This document shows positions 12,929 through 25,424 of a stretch of DNA of 64,000 nt, piece after piece. A program made the translations under genes and the position numbers. The stretch lies in NCBI GenBank assembly GCA_003971905.1, contig RSEE01000007.1, positions 992,001 through 1,056,000 on the forward strand, read 5' to 3'. The notes beneath the pieces were generated by a model, which made no database searches, was not told where the DNA came from, and worked only from the letters and a program-made list of their open reading frames with translations. The DNA is from Moniliella sp. 'wahieum' (taxonomy: Eukaryota). Each line of letters begins with the position of its first letter. Positions within the stretch are counted from its first letter, which is position 1.

Positions 12929-15900
12929 TCACACGCCCGCTGAGCCCGTCGCGGTCGAGTGTCCGTCCCCGCGTTCCTCCAACGTATCAAACAAGTCGGC
13001 CCACGCACTGACCCAGTCCACCTGGGGCGGAAACATGGGCTGAAGCAGTCCGCTGGGGCGCGGCCGGCCGAGGTTCGGCCACTGGCTCGGCCGGCTCAGC
13101 GGCAGCCGTGGGTAGCTGCGTGCCGGGCGGCGCGGGAGCACCCGAGAGAAAGTACTGCATAAGTTCTTGTGAGCCTGCGGCTGTGCTGGTTGCTGGCGTT
13201 GCCACAGGACCGTTCCCGGCCCACTCCTCCCCCATCGCAGGCACGCCAGCGGCCCCAGTGGCCGGGAGCGCATTCAGACCCGAAAGTGCATTGTTGGGCA
13301 ACTGGGAGAGAAGGCCCAAGCCGCCCAACTGGAACCCGCCCAAGGCAGCGATCGCCCCGAGATTGCCCAGTCCACCGAGCGCAGGGTTCAGTGGCCCGCC
13401 CGGATGGGCAAGACCAATGTTGAGCATGTTGGTCTGCGGTGTCATGGCCGCTAAGCGGGACAGCTGCACGTCCATCAGTTGCGCCAACTCGTCTCCCCCG
13501 TGGGCGTGGGCAGGACGGGGAAGTTGGGATGGGCAGCAGGAGCCGGGTCGTGCGCTGGTGGCACCTCCTCCTCAGTCTCCTCTTGGGAGCGGAGAAGTTG
13601 TTGTTGCAGGCCACGTTGGAACGTGGCCGAGATGAGCCGTTCGAGATTTTTGCTCACCCCTTGCAATACCGATCCTTCCACTGCCTGGCCTTGGTCTTTG
13701 AGCCGATCAATGATCCATGTCAAGTTGTCCTCCATCTCCCGTGTTTCTTCCGGACTGTCAAAGCCCATCACGCTTCCTGGCGCCGAGGGATCGGGATCCA
13801 TCGCCATGCGCGACTCGGCGGGCGCCGGGTGATGGAACGCCAAGGGATAAAACGTACGCGGGCGGTACCACAGGTCGGTAATCATGGCCAAGCATGCCTG
13901 GAAGAGATAGTAGCGTTGGATTCGGTCCCGGCGCGAAATCCACCCTTGGGCCGACATGAGCCGCGCCTCAATGACCAATTGACGTGCGCTTTCGAGCGCG
14001 CGCGGACCGACGCTACAAACGGTTGGTCCGGGTACCGGTACCCCTTACTCATGAACGGCCGATGCAGCTTGAGGGTACGGTAGTGCACGCCGGCGCGAAT
14101 CAAGCTGGCCTGCTTTTGCAACCGACGAATGTCGAGACTGCGACGCAAGCCTTCCTGACCAAAGGTCAGGTCGGTGTCACGGTGGGTCCAGGTGCGGGAC
14201 TCGAGGACCTGGTGTAGCTTTTGGTCCAGACGAAGCACTTCCTGATAGTCCACCTCCTCCCCTATCACTTCGGCCTGTACCGTCAAATCCACCACTTGCC
14301 GTGCCACATCGGCCGTTTCGAGCAGGCCGAGCCAGGCGTCGTGCGGGCTGGGCATCCCGCGCACGCTCTGGGACCACCGCGCCGGCGCATAGGGCGGGCA
14401 GGTGGTGTAACTGTTTGGGTGGATGCCGTATGACCCATTCAGCCCCGAGTGGTTCCAGTCCGTCATCGTCAACGCCGTCCACACCGCACGGCCAATCTCG
14501 AGGTTGTCAATGCTCATCTGCACATCCGGATCCACCCACCAATGGCTCAGCTTGCGATTGGCCTTATCCAGGGTCTGGTCCAGATCCGGTCGTGGGGCCG
14601 GGCCCACCTCGGCCCCAACGCCCCTCTCCTCGGGACTGAGCGGAGCCTGAGCTTCCTCTGTCATTCCAGGATACGGTGGGGTATCGGCGGCCGAGCCCAG
14701 CTTGTCCAGGCCCAGACGACGCGCGGCACGGGTGGAGCCATCGAGGAGGTGAAGTAGATCCTTGTGCCGGAAACGGTGGGCGAGCGAGTTGACGGCAACC
14801 AAGGCGGCTTGCACCCCTTCCAGGGAAGGGTGGGCAGCCAACTCTGTGGCCACCAAACATTCCAGTGCCGTGTCGAGCCAGTCGTGGAGCAGGGTGGAGA
14901 TCTGGTCACTGCTGCGGACGAGGTTGAAAGAGATGATCGTGGTCGAAGGCAGCAGCTCCACAATCGCACTCAACGCGAACAACACATAGGCCAAAAACGT
15001 CAGTCGCGGTTGCGGTTCCCCAGCCCCGGGTCCCGTCCCCACCACGGGCTGCACCACCGCCGCCGGCCGTGTTGACGCAGGTGCGCCATCGTCCGCATCC
15101 ACCAAGCGCTGGCGCATCACCCCGCCCGGGCCAGACTCGACAATGGTAGGTAACCGATTGGCGCCCTTGGAACCAAAGCAGCCCGTTACCGAGTCGTAGA
15201 GCAAATCCAACTCCTTCATCAAAATCCACTCGGACAAAGGGGGTAATCATGCCCAACTCCTCGAGGTACATATTGATCAGCTGCACCGTCTGGGGCTTGC
15301 CTGGCAGCAGCGCCAACGCCCGTGTCTTGGCTGTCGCTTCGTTCAGGGAGCTTTTCTGCAACACCCGCTCCCCAATCGCCAACAGTGCACTGCCATTCTC
15401 CTCTTTCCCACGCAGACCTAACCCTCCCAGGCCCACCGGCAGACCAGGATGCGTGCTGGACGTCGACACACTTGGCGTCGTCCCACGATCTGCTTTCCAC
15501 TTTTCCCGCTGGGCGGCACCAGACCTGCGTCTCCAGCCGCGACAGGACCTTCCCCCGCTGACTCGGGAGCACGCCCGCGGGAGCGACCACGAACTTCCTC
15601 TTCCTCCCCGCCTCTTTCCTGCCCATCCGCCTCGCCCTTTCCGTCGTCCCCTTCCTCCCTGCCCTCGCGATAGAGCCGCTGGAGACCCAATACGGCCGAG
15701 GTTGTGTCCTGGTTGCCCAGCGTGTCCAACAGCTCCGTCGTATCCTGATTCCCCGACGCATACAGACGCGCTTGGGTCTCCGGGGGCGGACGAGAATGGG
15801 AATTGCGCCGGTTTCGCTCCGCTGCTTCGGCCACAATGGCAAACGCTGGCATCCCTGCTCGTCGTGGGCTGCCAGCGGTCTGGGACGAAGCGCGGACCAT

Positions 15901-16888
15901 GTGACTGGGCAGGTGCGGGCTGGCAGCCGTATGAGGGGACGAAGGGTGGGTGACGGTGGAAGGAGAGGCGGACGAGGGTGCGGAACGGGCTGGTTTGTTG
16001 GCGTCCATGGCGGTTAGGAGGGCGTGGAGCCCCGAGGGACCTGGCGGTCCAGGGCTGCTGGAGGTCAGGGGGGAAGTTGAGGCCGAAGCCACGGGGGGGG
16101 GATACGGCTGGGATGCGAGGGAACCGGCGGGTACATTGATCTGGGCGGCCAAGCGAGCGGCGTTGGTGCGTGCCTGCATGGCCAGCTGGGCATGCGTGGC
16201 GGCCGAAGGGGTGGAGCTGGGGCGTGGCAAGGGAGGCGGGGTGAAGGTGGCAGGAATCGCGAGCGGGGGTGGGTTGGGCCCACTGCCCGGGCCGGGTGGT
16301 GGACGGAACCGCTTGGCAAGGTACCTCTCCTCTTCTCCCTCGTCCTCCTCGTCCTCGTCCTCCTCCCCACTGTCCTCCGACTCGCCCGAATCACCCTCGG
16401 GCTGACCCGCATACTCGTACCCCGCCTCTGGCCTGCCTGGCAACCCCGCACCGGGTGGCAAATGCTCCCCGGCGCGCTGGCGCGCCGCCTTGATGGCCTT
16501 GCGTCTTGCCCTTCGTTTTTCGCCCTCGGCCATCTTGCGCAGCCGACTTTCCCGCTGGTCCACTGTCTCATAGTCCCGCTCATCGCCAAACTTGCATCCG
16601 CCCAACGGGATCTTGCGACGGATGCATGCGGAACACCCGGGTACCTGACGGTCGCATCTGTGCGGGTGTCAGCATGCTCTGCCGGGGTGGGAGAGGGGGA
16701 GGGGGGGAGGAGGTGCGTACTTGAGCTTGCGGTGGCGGCACTCGGTGCAGGAGATGGGCTGGCGCTGCTTGCGCGGGCGCTTGCCATGTGGCGGGGGGGG
16801 CGGGGCGGACGGGGGCGGAGGGGCGGCGGAGAGGGGGCGGGAGAGGGAGTGGGGCGACGGACGGGGCGGGCGGGAGGCTGGTGCTCAT
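12929..16888 (-). CDS. Zn2Cys6 (GAL4-type) transcription factor with fungal-specific middle homology region (intron 16658-16720; frameshifted)
   Basis: Splicing across the intron gives RKQRQPISCTECRHRKLKCDRQVPGCSACIRRKIPLGGCKF; downstream ARRLGLDKLG, GRAVWTALTMTDW and LKLHRPFM motifs typical of fungal TF middle regions. Confidence 0.9.
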
Positions 16889-17671
16889 GGCCACGGAGAC
16901 GGAGGGGGGCGCCGGCGCGAGCGAGCGGATGGTGGTTGGCTTGTTCGGCTGCGGCGGGCTGCTGGGCGCTGAGGCTAGCTGGGCGTGGCGTGGCGTGAGG
17001 TGCCCCCATTCGTGACTGAATAGCCCCGACTGCGGCTACGCGAGCGGAGCGGAGCAGCGCCAACGCGCGCAAGGCGCATACGCCTCCTGTGCCTCTTCGC
17101 ACGGAGAAGTGTGCCGCGGTTAAGTCCGTGTCTCGCCCCGCCCCACTTGAATATTGAATCTTTCTGTGGCTCCGCGTGCCAGCCGCCGGGGCCACGCGGT
17201 CGCCACTGCGGAGTTGTATGTAACCCTAGCACCACGTGCTCCCGCCCAGACCACATGCCCCCTGGCGACCCTGTTGGCCTGACATGTACCTTGACAAGCT
17301 TGACACACGCAAGAACCGATCACTGTCAATATCGATTGGACGACGGACGACGGAGCGCGGGGGGACAGGGGGACAGAGGGATACGGAGGACTTGGAGAGG
17401 AAGAGGAGGAGCATAGGGGGGGAACAGGTAAATTCATATGGGCAGCCACGGCTAGCACCATGGACCGGAGAACAGACATGAGATCGTCGATGCGATGCAG
17501 ACGTAAAACGCCTCTTCGACCCGGCCAGGACATCGCCAGAGCTGTCCTGCATCGCCCCGCGGCACATTCGACTGGCTCTGGGTGTCGCCCTGGGCCAGGG
17601 ACGCCGTTGTACCAGCACACAGTCAGGCCGAAGGGGCTCCACATAAAATCGATGGCAGGCCTAGCCAAGCT

Positions 17672-18257
17672 CTAAGCAACAGGCTTCTTGTGGAAAAAGA
17701 CGGGCACGAGCAGCTTGGTGTACACCACCTTGGCGCCCTGGGTCTGGGGCAGCATGAGCCACACAAGGATGATGGCCTTGAAGGTGTAGTAGAAGGGAAC
17801 CCAGTGGAGGATGATCGACGAGAACGACTCGAGGATGGTAAGGAAGCCAACGAGACCCAGTAGGTCAGCCACTGCACATCGTCGTCCTTGGCCGGCGTCT
17901 CAATCGCGCGGAGGGAGAAGTAGGCGGGCAGGGCAAAGCCGAGAATGGTGGTGAAGAAGTTGGCGGCAATGTTGAAGAAGATGGCGATGGCCAGGAGGAA
18001 GAAGACACCAAGGGTGCCGTACGCCTTGGGCACGTGGGTCGTCTGCTCAAGCTTGACCAACGCCGGGTACTTCTCCAGCTGCGAAAGGAGAGGAAGCAAA
18101 TCAGTACTGGGCGACAAGACAACGGGGGAAGCAGCTGCGCACGACGTACCTCCTTGTCGATCTGGGCCACGTAGTACTGGACTTTGGTGTGGACCGACTT
18201 GAGCTGGGGGGGAACGTTGACGTTCTGGAGCTGAGGGGGGGCCTGGAAGGAGGACAT
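17672..18257 (-). CDS. YOP1: ER membrane-shaping protein, TB2/DP1/HVA22 (REEP) family (intron 18079-18149; one frameshift near 17858)
   Basis: QIDKELEKYPALVKLEQTTHVPKAY, ILGFALPAYFSLRAIETPAKDDDVQWLTYW, WVPFYYTFKAIILVWLMLPQTQGAKVVY. Confidence 0.95.
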
Positions 18258-19059
18258 GGCGAGCAGACGGAGGGTGGTGGTGGCAAGGGGGGAGGAGGAG
18301 GGGTGTGGCGCTGGGCTGAGTGGTGGTGCGGGTACGAAGGACAGAAACGTTTGCGGCAGGCGAGCAGGGTTGGTGCAAACCGCGCTTGTGCGCTTGGGCT
18401 GCGGGCGGCGGGCTGCTCTGCGGGCGTGCGGCCGCCTGCCGGGGTGCGGATTCACACAGCGTCAGCGCTCAGCCGCCGGCGGCAGGAGCGCACTGCCGCC
18501 GTGCCGGGGAGCGGCACTGGCGCGGCCGGGCGGCTGTGCTGTGAGAGCGTCATGCTGGGCACGCCGCCGCCCCGCGCAGCACTAGGCTGCACTGCCCCCG
18601 CCCTTCCCAGCAGAGGGGCAGTGTCGGGCAGCGCATCCTCCTCTGGCTCTGGGCAGGCCCACGTCATCGGTCCCTCATCGACCGCCATGGTGCCGGCCAC
18701 ACGAGCCCCACGTCGAAATCGGCGACAGATAGCCGCACCAATTGCCGCAGCATCGATCGTCCATGCTGCGATGGCTACGACGTCCTGACCTCAGGCTCAG
18801 GTCTCGTCCTGCTTCCGCCGGCCTCATGTGCCCACCACCCCATCCCGAGCGCCTAGCCGCCCCCAAACGCTCACGCTCAAAGTTTGCATGCAACGGCCGT
18901 GAATAAAAACCAGAGGGATATGTGACCAAACCATCTCCAACAACACGGGGCTCTTCAGCTGTGGCAGTATGTAGTCAGTTCTTTCCAACTATTACAGTGG
19001 CCAAACATTTTTTGGCCGTCGTGGTATCAGGAGATGGAGATGGAGATGGGGGGATGAGG

Positions 19060-19295
19060 GATGTCGATGATGAGATTACCGGATGGTCCTCGAGGGTGAT
19101 GCAATCGCACTGGTGGTGGCGATGGTCTAAGCCACAGCCAGCAATCTACAGAGGAACATCAAGCAGCCAGTCACCACCATCAGGATCTAAGCTGCGGAAC
19201 AACTGGAAGAGGAGAGAAAAAAACAACGGAACTCCTAGGCCTGGGGGGATGTGAAGGGACGTTGGCCGCAAAACACGAGCCATATGGTGGCAACC
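19060..19295 (+). repeat. Dispersed repeat family, copy B
   Basis: ATGGTCCTCGAGGGTGATGCAATCGC, GGTCTAAGCCA, CTACAGAGGAACATCAAGCAGCCAGTC.CCACCA, CTGCGGAACA and GACGTTGGCC...CGAGCCA shared with 59341-59607. Confidence 0.85.
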
Positions 19296-21036
19296 AAAGA
19301 TAGGGATCATATCATCGAGAGGGAAGGAGGCGAGGCATATATACATCCGAGAAGAGCCGTTGCCACAGGGTCCGCGTGCATGCGTCCCTATCAATACTTA
19401 CTGGACGGTCTTCTTCGCAGCCGTCCATGCTCCAACAAGGAGAAAGATTGTAATACCTTCTCTCTGCGTCCCAGAAGAGGCATCATCGTTGCCTCCTGCG
19501 AGCCATTTTTCGGAATGCATGTGCCTTACCTCTTGCGTGCTCCAGCCCTCTTCTAACTGGAAGAAGAGGAAACGCGGGTGAGGAGGGTACTCAAATGTAA
19601 GTGTCTCTAATGGCTGTTAATATAACAGCACTCTGGGGATTAGCGCACGCTTAACCCATGAGGCCGAGAGCTTCAAACCCTATCGGGCTGCTAAGGCTGA
19701 GCATCAACGCGCCGAGCGCATGGGCATTGAGTGCAGCAAAAGCACCATGTCCTGTTGGCGGTATACGGAGAGATGTGTGTCGCCATTACATTCTAAGAGC
19801 TATATGCGCAAGGTGGGAGGAGAACGTGAGTTGGTTCAGGTATTGTAAGAACGGTTGATGCACATCTATGAGGGATGCCCTTATTGCAGCTCTTTTGTAG
19901 TTGGCGACGGTAATCCCTTTCCCCCTAATGGGCTCCAAACGATATAGAATGAGAGAGGCAGATCAACCTGTTGACCGTCGCTGTCAGCGGCGCCATGCAT
20001 ATAGCAGATCATCATCACCTCTGGTGCTGTTCTGTCGTGAATTTCACCCCTCTTTCTAACACGGAGAAATCAGGGGGCGATCGGGGTGACCTGTGGGCAT
20101 GAAACTTGCTGGGATCCACCATCGGAGGCCATGAGACCCAGAAGAAACGGAAGAATGGCGGGGAATGGGTCGTTCTTCACGTTCATCCCCTCCCCTTCTG
20201 TCACCGCCCCTCTGTGCGCCATCGCCTCATGTTTAAGCTATTATGAAGGGGCATTAGGATGGAAGACAGAGGCACTCATCGATAATTCACCTTGACCCCA
20301 TTTGTTGGGGCAAACAAGGAGTCGGAAAGACGGGGTCTGGCAGTTGATATGCCCTGAGCATCGGTGCTGTGATGCTTTCCTTGGGTGGCGATGGGACACC
20401 CTTCCATTCCAAAAGCAAAGAGGGAATAAACCCTTCGATGCAGTGTAGACGCCACCCTATTCAACCAGGACATGCTGGAGATCTGAACCGCCCTTGAGGT
20501 GTTGTCTTCAACACAGTCCACACGCTTTGTGATGGTAGAGCCTTGGTTGATAATGCGGACGTTGTTGATGCAGTAGCCAAGTGTCCATCGTCAGTCTTGT
20601 GAAGATACAAAACTTCTCGACAGCAACGTCTTTGGACGGGGGTAGCATGCACAGGCCTGAGAGAGGGAGATGCATTGCCAGCAAAGAGGGACGAATGCGG
20701 GAGGAGTTGAGCACATACCATGATCGATCATCGACCATCGATCGTAGACGATCACTATTCGCTAGTCACTCACTAGTCACTTGCGATTTCAGCAATTTTC
20801 TTCTTGCGCCACGCGCGAGCAACGCTTGCCCACCCATCAGCCGCTCATGCAGCTCCTGGGCTGATAGCGCAGCCAGCGCCAGCCTCCAACAGGAGAGAGG
20901 GAAGAGAGCATCTTGTGGTACGGGAAGCTATTAAGCCCGCTACTCCCCACTTCCATCTTCAGCCCAGTCTCCTGTGCTCGGGGAACTGCTTCTGTCGCTC
21001 TTTCCTCCTCCGCGTCTCTTTCTTCCGACACATAAC

Positions 21037-22467
21037 ATGCCGCTCTCCCCTCCACTCGGTGGCCCCACGCCCTCCCCTCCCCCTCCCCCTCCCGACTGGC
21101 AGTGCCCTCTGGCCCCACTCCTCCAGCTTCCCCCCACGCCTTTCCCCGCCAACCGAAAAAAAGTCTCACCGGCCGCCGTCCTTCATGGGTCTCATCCGAC
21201 CCCCCCGCCATCCCTCACCGCCACAGGCCCCGCCGCCAGCTCAGCTCGAATTGAACGCCAACATCCTGCTCCAAGGATGGGCCATGAAGAAGAAGCGCAA
21301 ACGTATGCAAGGTTTGTCATTTTCCCTCCCGCCCCTTTGCCGAGACTGTAAGAGACTGACCGAACGTGTTGCGCAGGGTATGCCATGCGCTACCTCACCC
21401 TTTCCGCGATGGGCACACTGCAATATGCACTTTCGCCTGGAAGCGAAGTACGGGACGAGATTGAGATTCCAGATGCTCGGGTTCTCAGTTCCCCCGCGAC
21501 CTCTCGATCCACGTCGACAATGGCGAGGTGGTTTTCCACCTGCGCATGTTGACCGAATCTGATTTTCAGCTTTTGGAGAGAGACTTTGCGCGACCTCGTC
21601 CTCACCTCCACCGCAGACGTCTCCCGCCCCGTCTTCGCGCCCAAACCAGGTACCAACAATTTGTGCCACGAAGACTTGGCCCCTGTCCTACGTTCGGCAC
21701 GTAGAATGCAGGCGCTTGTCGCCCAGGCCCACACACTCCATCTTGATCACCTCGGCACCCACTTTGCCCGAGTAGAACAGGACTTGCAGGCGATCACCTC
21801 TTTCTTTGATACCCACATCCCAGTCCAGGGCCCTGCGCCAGGAACAAGTCGCGCTCACCGGATCCTTCGCCGACGTCGAGTTCTTAGATCACGCTCTAGG
21901 AGGAAGCCAATATTCGCTGAAGGATAACGAGGCGTAGCTTTTCCTTGTGGTTTTGCTGCCTTGATACCCTCTGCCTCACCATCATTGTGGAACCTGTATC
22001 CTCGCCGTGTGTTTGGCGATGATACTGAAAGCAGGGGAAGCTTTGGTGGTCAAACTGGGTCTGAGAGTCCTTTTGGTATTGGAGCCCCTATGCGCTCCCC
22101 CGGCTGAATTTCTACGATTGGGGCGTACAATGGTGCCACCTCCCATCTCTCTCTCTGTGTGCCATCTGAAGAATGATCCCGCGATTTGTCTTCACCCCTC
22201 TCAATTGTGGCAGACGATAGGGCTGTTCTCGAGACCCTCCCCCGTATCACTCCTGTTTTGGATGTGGTCGAAGTGATATGCAAGTTACATAGTGCATGCG
22301 ACATATCCTTTGCAATGTATGAGGGATCATGGAGACAATATAAGAAAGGATATGCACGCCTATACCAATCTCGCTGCTCGATGTGGAAATTGTATGTGGA
22401 GAGCTGTCAAATGCGACTTTCATCAGGATCGGGCCCCAGATCGATCCTCAGAGGCTCATGCACCTAG
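21037..22467 (+). CDS. Osh3-type PH-domain protein, apparently lacking an OSBP ligand-binding domain (intron 21312-21376; frameshifted; ends uncertain)
   Basis: LQGWAMKKKRKRMQGYAMRYLTLSAMGTLQY...RDLSIHVDNGEVVFHLRMLTESDF resembles the Osh3 PH domain (G.LLKKRRKRLQG..KRFF.L, IDSG.EVWHLKA). Confidence 0.6.
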
Positions 22468-22927
22468 AGCGAAGAGCTCTGGTCTAGTAGGGAAATGATG
22501 TTTCGACGCACAAAAGGAGGATGTACTGTTACATGTTACATTAGATCTTGTGGATCAATTCTTTGGCAACGGGACAATTTCGGCCAAACTTTTAAGCTTT
22601 CTCCACACTTCATCAGTTGCAGTGGCCATATAGTGATCGTAACCCTATTCCATCACCATGTGCTGTTGCGGCCGTTCTGGTTGAACGTTGCCATTAGAAA
22701 GCCACTCACCCGCTGGAGCGTTGTGGAGCAGGCTTTGGGGGTAGTGGGGTTTAAGTGGAGATCCACATGCAATATCCTCAGTCCCACTTCGAACTGCACG
22801 AATGCTAGGCAACGCAGGGCAATGCCTCGTCTCCTTTACCTTCTTTAAAGGGCACATCCCTCACAAGCTACTACTTGGCACCCCCACCCTCTCATCTCCC
22901 CTCTCCATCCTCCCCACGATCCACGAC

Positions 22928-23929
22928 ATGAAGCCCATCATCCCAACATTGGTCCTTGCTCTTCTCGGGAGTGCGATGGCCGCAGTGGCCCAGCCGCGGC
23001 AGACCCCCCCCGCCGGCTCGTTGGTGGTATCCAAGTCACCGTCAAGCGGGCAGTACGGAACGGTCCAGGCGGCTGTGAATGCGCTATCCACCACTTCAAC
23101 TCGTTCGCAGATGATTTTCATCGACGCCGGCACGTACGACGAGCAAGTGGTCATCCCTGCACTCAAAGGGCCGCTGGCCATCTACGGATCCACCTCCGAC
23201 ACTACCTCCTACGCGCAGAACAACGTAACCATCACCCACAACCTGTCACAGAAGAATGGCTTGAGCGACGATGAGACGGGGACGGTGCGGGTGCTGTCGC
23301 CAAACGTTGCACTGTACAATGTCGATGTGATCAATTCGTTTGGGCAAGGTTCACAAGCCATTGCCCTGTCCGCGCAGATGGATCGTTTTGGTTGCTACGG
23401 GTGTTCCATCCAAGGTTTCCAGGACACCCTCTTGGCCCAGAACGGCCGGCAAATTTACGCCCAAAGCTACATTGCTGGCGCAACGGACTTTATCTTTGGT
23501 CAGCACGGCCAGGCGGTCATCACTCAGTCCCACATCGGCGTACTGAACCAACCGCTGGGGTACATCACCGCCTCCGGCCGACCTGATGCGTCTGATCCTT
23601 CTTACTACCTCTACCTCATCACCAACTCACACATCGGGCCCGCCGATGGACAATCCGTCCGTCGCTGGCGCCTATTACCTTGGTCGTCCGTGGGGGCCTT
23701 ATGCCCAGGTCACCGTCCAGACACGGTGTTGGAGAACGTGATCAACAAAGCAGGGTATTCGGCTGCAGGCAAAGATACATCCAACACCAAGTTGGCCGAA
23801 TATGGCAATACTGGTGCCGGTGCGACCGGACCTCGGGCGTCGTTTGACCACCAGCTCTCAGCTGCTGTGGATATCGGCACAGTGCTGGGGTCTGACTATC
23901 AGACCTGGGTCGATAAGTCCTACCTCTAG
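22928..23929 (+). CDS. Secreted pectin methylesterase (CE8), intronless, compensating frameshifts at about 23660 and 23720
   Basis: Signal peptide MKPIIPTLVLALLGSAMA; GQYGTVQAAVNAL, GTYDEQV, QAIAL, GFQDTLLA, GATDFIFG; GAYYLGRPW in the shifted frame at 23667-23693; EYGNTGAGA. Confidence 0.95.
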   Translation: MKPIIPTLVLALLGSAMAAVAQPRQTPPAGSLVVSKSPSSGQYGTVQAAVNALSTTSTRSQMIFIDAGTYDEQVVIPALKGPLAIYGSTSDTTSYAQNNVTITHNLSQKNGLSDDETGTVRVLSPNVALYNVDVINSFGQGSQAIALSAQMDRFGCYGCSIQGFQDTLLAQNGRQIYAQSYIAGATDFIFGQHGQAVITQSHIGVLNQPLGYITASGRPDASDPSYYLYLITNSHIGPADGQSVRRWRLLPWSSVGALCPGHRPDTVLENVINKAGYSAAGKDTSNTKLAEYGNTGAGATGPRASFDHQLSAAVDIGTVLGSDYQTWVDKSYL

Positions 23930-24918
23930 CCCTGCTTCATGTCAGACGGTATATCTTATTTGAACTACACTTTCCCCCACCTCAGATGAATCCATCTGCT
24001 CTTTCATTTGTCTGCAAAAACCTCCTCGATGTGTGGGTGTTTTTCGGACACACTTCTCCCCCCGGAAGATACATGGTTCCGACGGTAATAAGACTAGATG
24101 TCAGGGCCCAGTAGCAGAATATTGTACCTGCAAGAAGGGAATGCCAATATCGCCTATTCTTGTTTTCCGTATCCAGAGTTCACCTCTGACCTCTTAACCT
24201 CTGAGAAGAGAACGATGGCACACGATGGATGATGGAAAAGGGGGGATATACTGATACGCAGGGCCGCAACTGTAATTATAGCGAGATACCTCACCCCACA
24301 CACGGCATTTCAATGGAAACGGTAATGGCAAGTTCAAGGTGGGATATATCGGCGGGGGGCTGGAACAGATGAACTAGGCATCAGGATACAGAGAGAAGAT
24401 ACATTTATTGCTATACTCGTCTCCCTACTATGATGTATACCCTGTATAGCATACTTGCTATGTGGACAACTGTATGCCCAGCAGCACTTTCACGCGTATA
24501 TCACGGTCCCCGTAGGTAATCCGCCACTCCTATTACCTGCCGTTTCTTTCCTAGTCATTGTTCCTCTCCTCTACCAATAAATCAGTGCCTCATTCAGTAC
24601 TTGGTGCTACTCATCTTCTTCCGACTGTTAAACCCACGCCCTCATAAGCAAACCCAGCAGCTCGGTGGCTGTAATATCCGCCGCTCCTTGACCTTGAATT
24701 GAAATGAGGTGGAATCCAATTTGTAAACGTTCAAAAAGAATTTCACCTCGTTTCCCCAGCCAGATGTTAGGGTTTCTCCGCAATATGCGGCTGCTGCGGC
24801 ATCACACAGGGCTGGTACGCCGAATTATTTTCGTGGTCTGACCAATCGCAACGTCAGACCAACCTTCCCCTCCTCCACCGCACCCCAAGCCTCCCCGTCG
24901 ACTCGTCGCCGTCTCTCT

Positions 24919-25177
24919 GTACGTGCACGCACCCGTGTCCTCTTTCTCCGTCTGTGCGCGCGGTTTCATGCGCGCTCTCCTGTTGTTGCTCTTGCCGCTC
25001 GGCACTCATCGGGGCTAAACGAGATGGAGTTGGGACCGCCAGTCAAGACACCTGGTTGGAGACTGCCAGGCGCTTCCACACCATTTTTGAGATGCCGAGC
25101 GGCATTGCACACCCACAACGGAGAAATACGTTTTTGTTTCTTACCGTTACTAACGGTTCCTCGCCCGTTTCATCCAG
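24919..25177 (+). other. Putative 5'UTR intron of RPS29 (259 nt) containing a stem-forming inverted repeat
   Basis: GTACGT donor at 24919, TACTAAC branch at 25148-25154, CAG acceptor ending 25177, 12 nt before the ATG; 24993-25004 and 25093-25104 are exact reverse complements. Confidence 0.65.
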
Positions 25178-25189
25178 ACTACATCCACC

Positions 25190-25424
25190 ATGGCGCACGC
25201 TAACGTTTGGTTCTCTCACCCCCGCAAGCACGGCAAGGGCAGCCGCCAATGGTTCGTCCCCATCCCCATCCCCCCTTTTCCTTTCTCCTTCTTGTTGCTG
25301 ACTCCGATAATGTAGCCGCGTCTGCGCCAACCAGGGCGGTATCATCCGCAAGTACGGTTTGGACATTTGCCGCCAGTGCTTCCGTGAGAAGGCGGCCGCG
25401 ATTGGCTTCGCCAAGTACCGTTAA
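25190..25424 (+). CDS. RPS29: 40S ribosomal protein S29 (uS14), 56 aa, intron 25252-25315
   Basis: Spliced protein [56 protein letters not shown] with zinc-binding cysteines; absent from the ORF track because of size and intron. Confidence 0.98.

Noticed and set aside
19087..19110. Conserved in-frame TGA (GPRG-stop-CNR) in the dispersed repeat as selenocysteine or readthrough
   Set aside because: Dikarya are not known to have Sec machinery, no SECIS was seen, and the reading frame is not preserved across all three copies.
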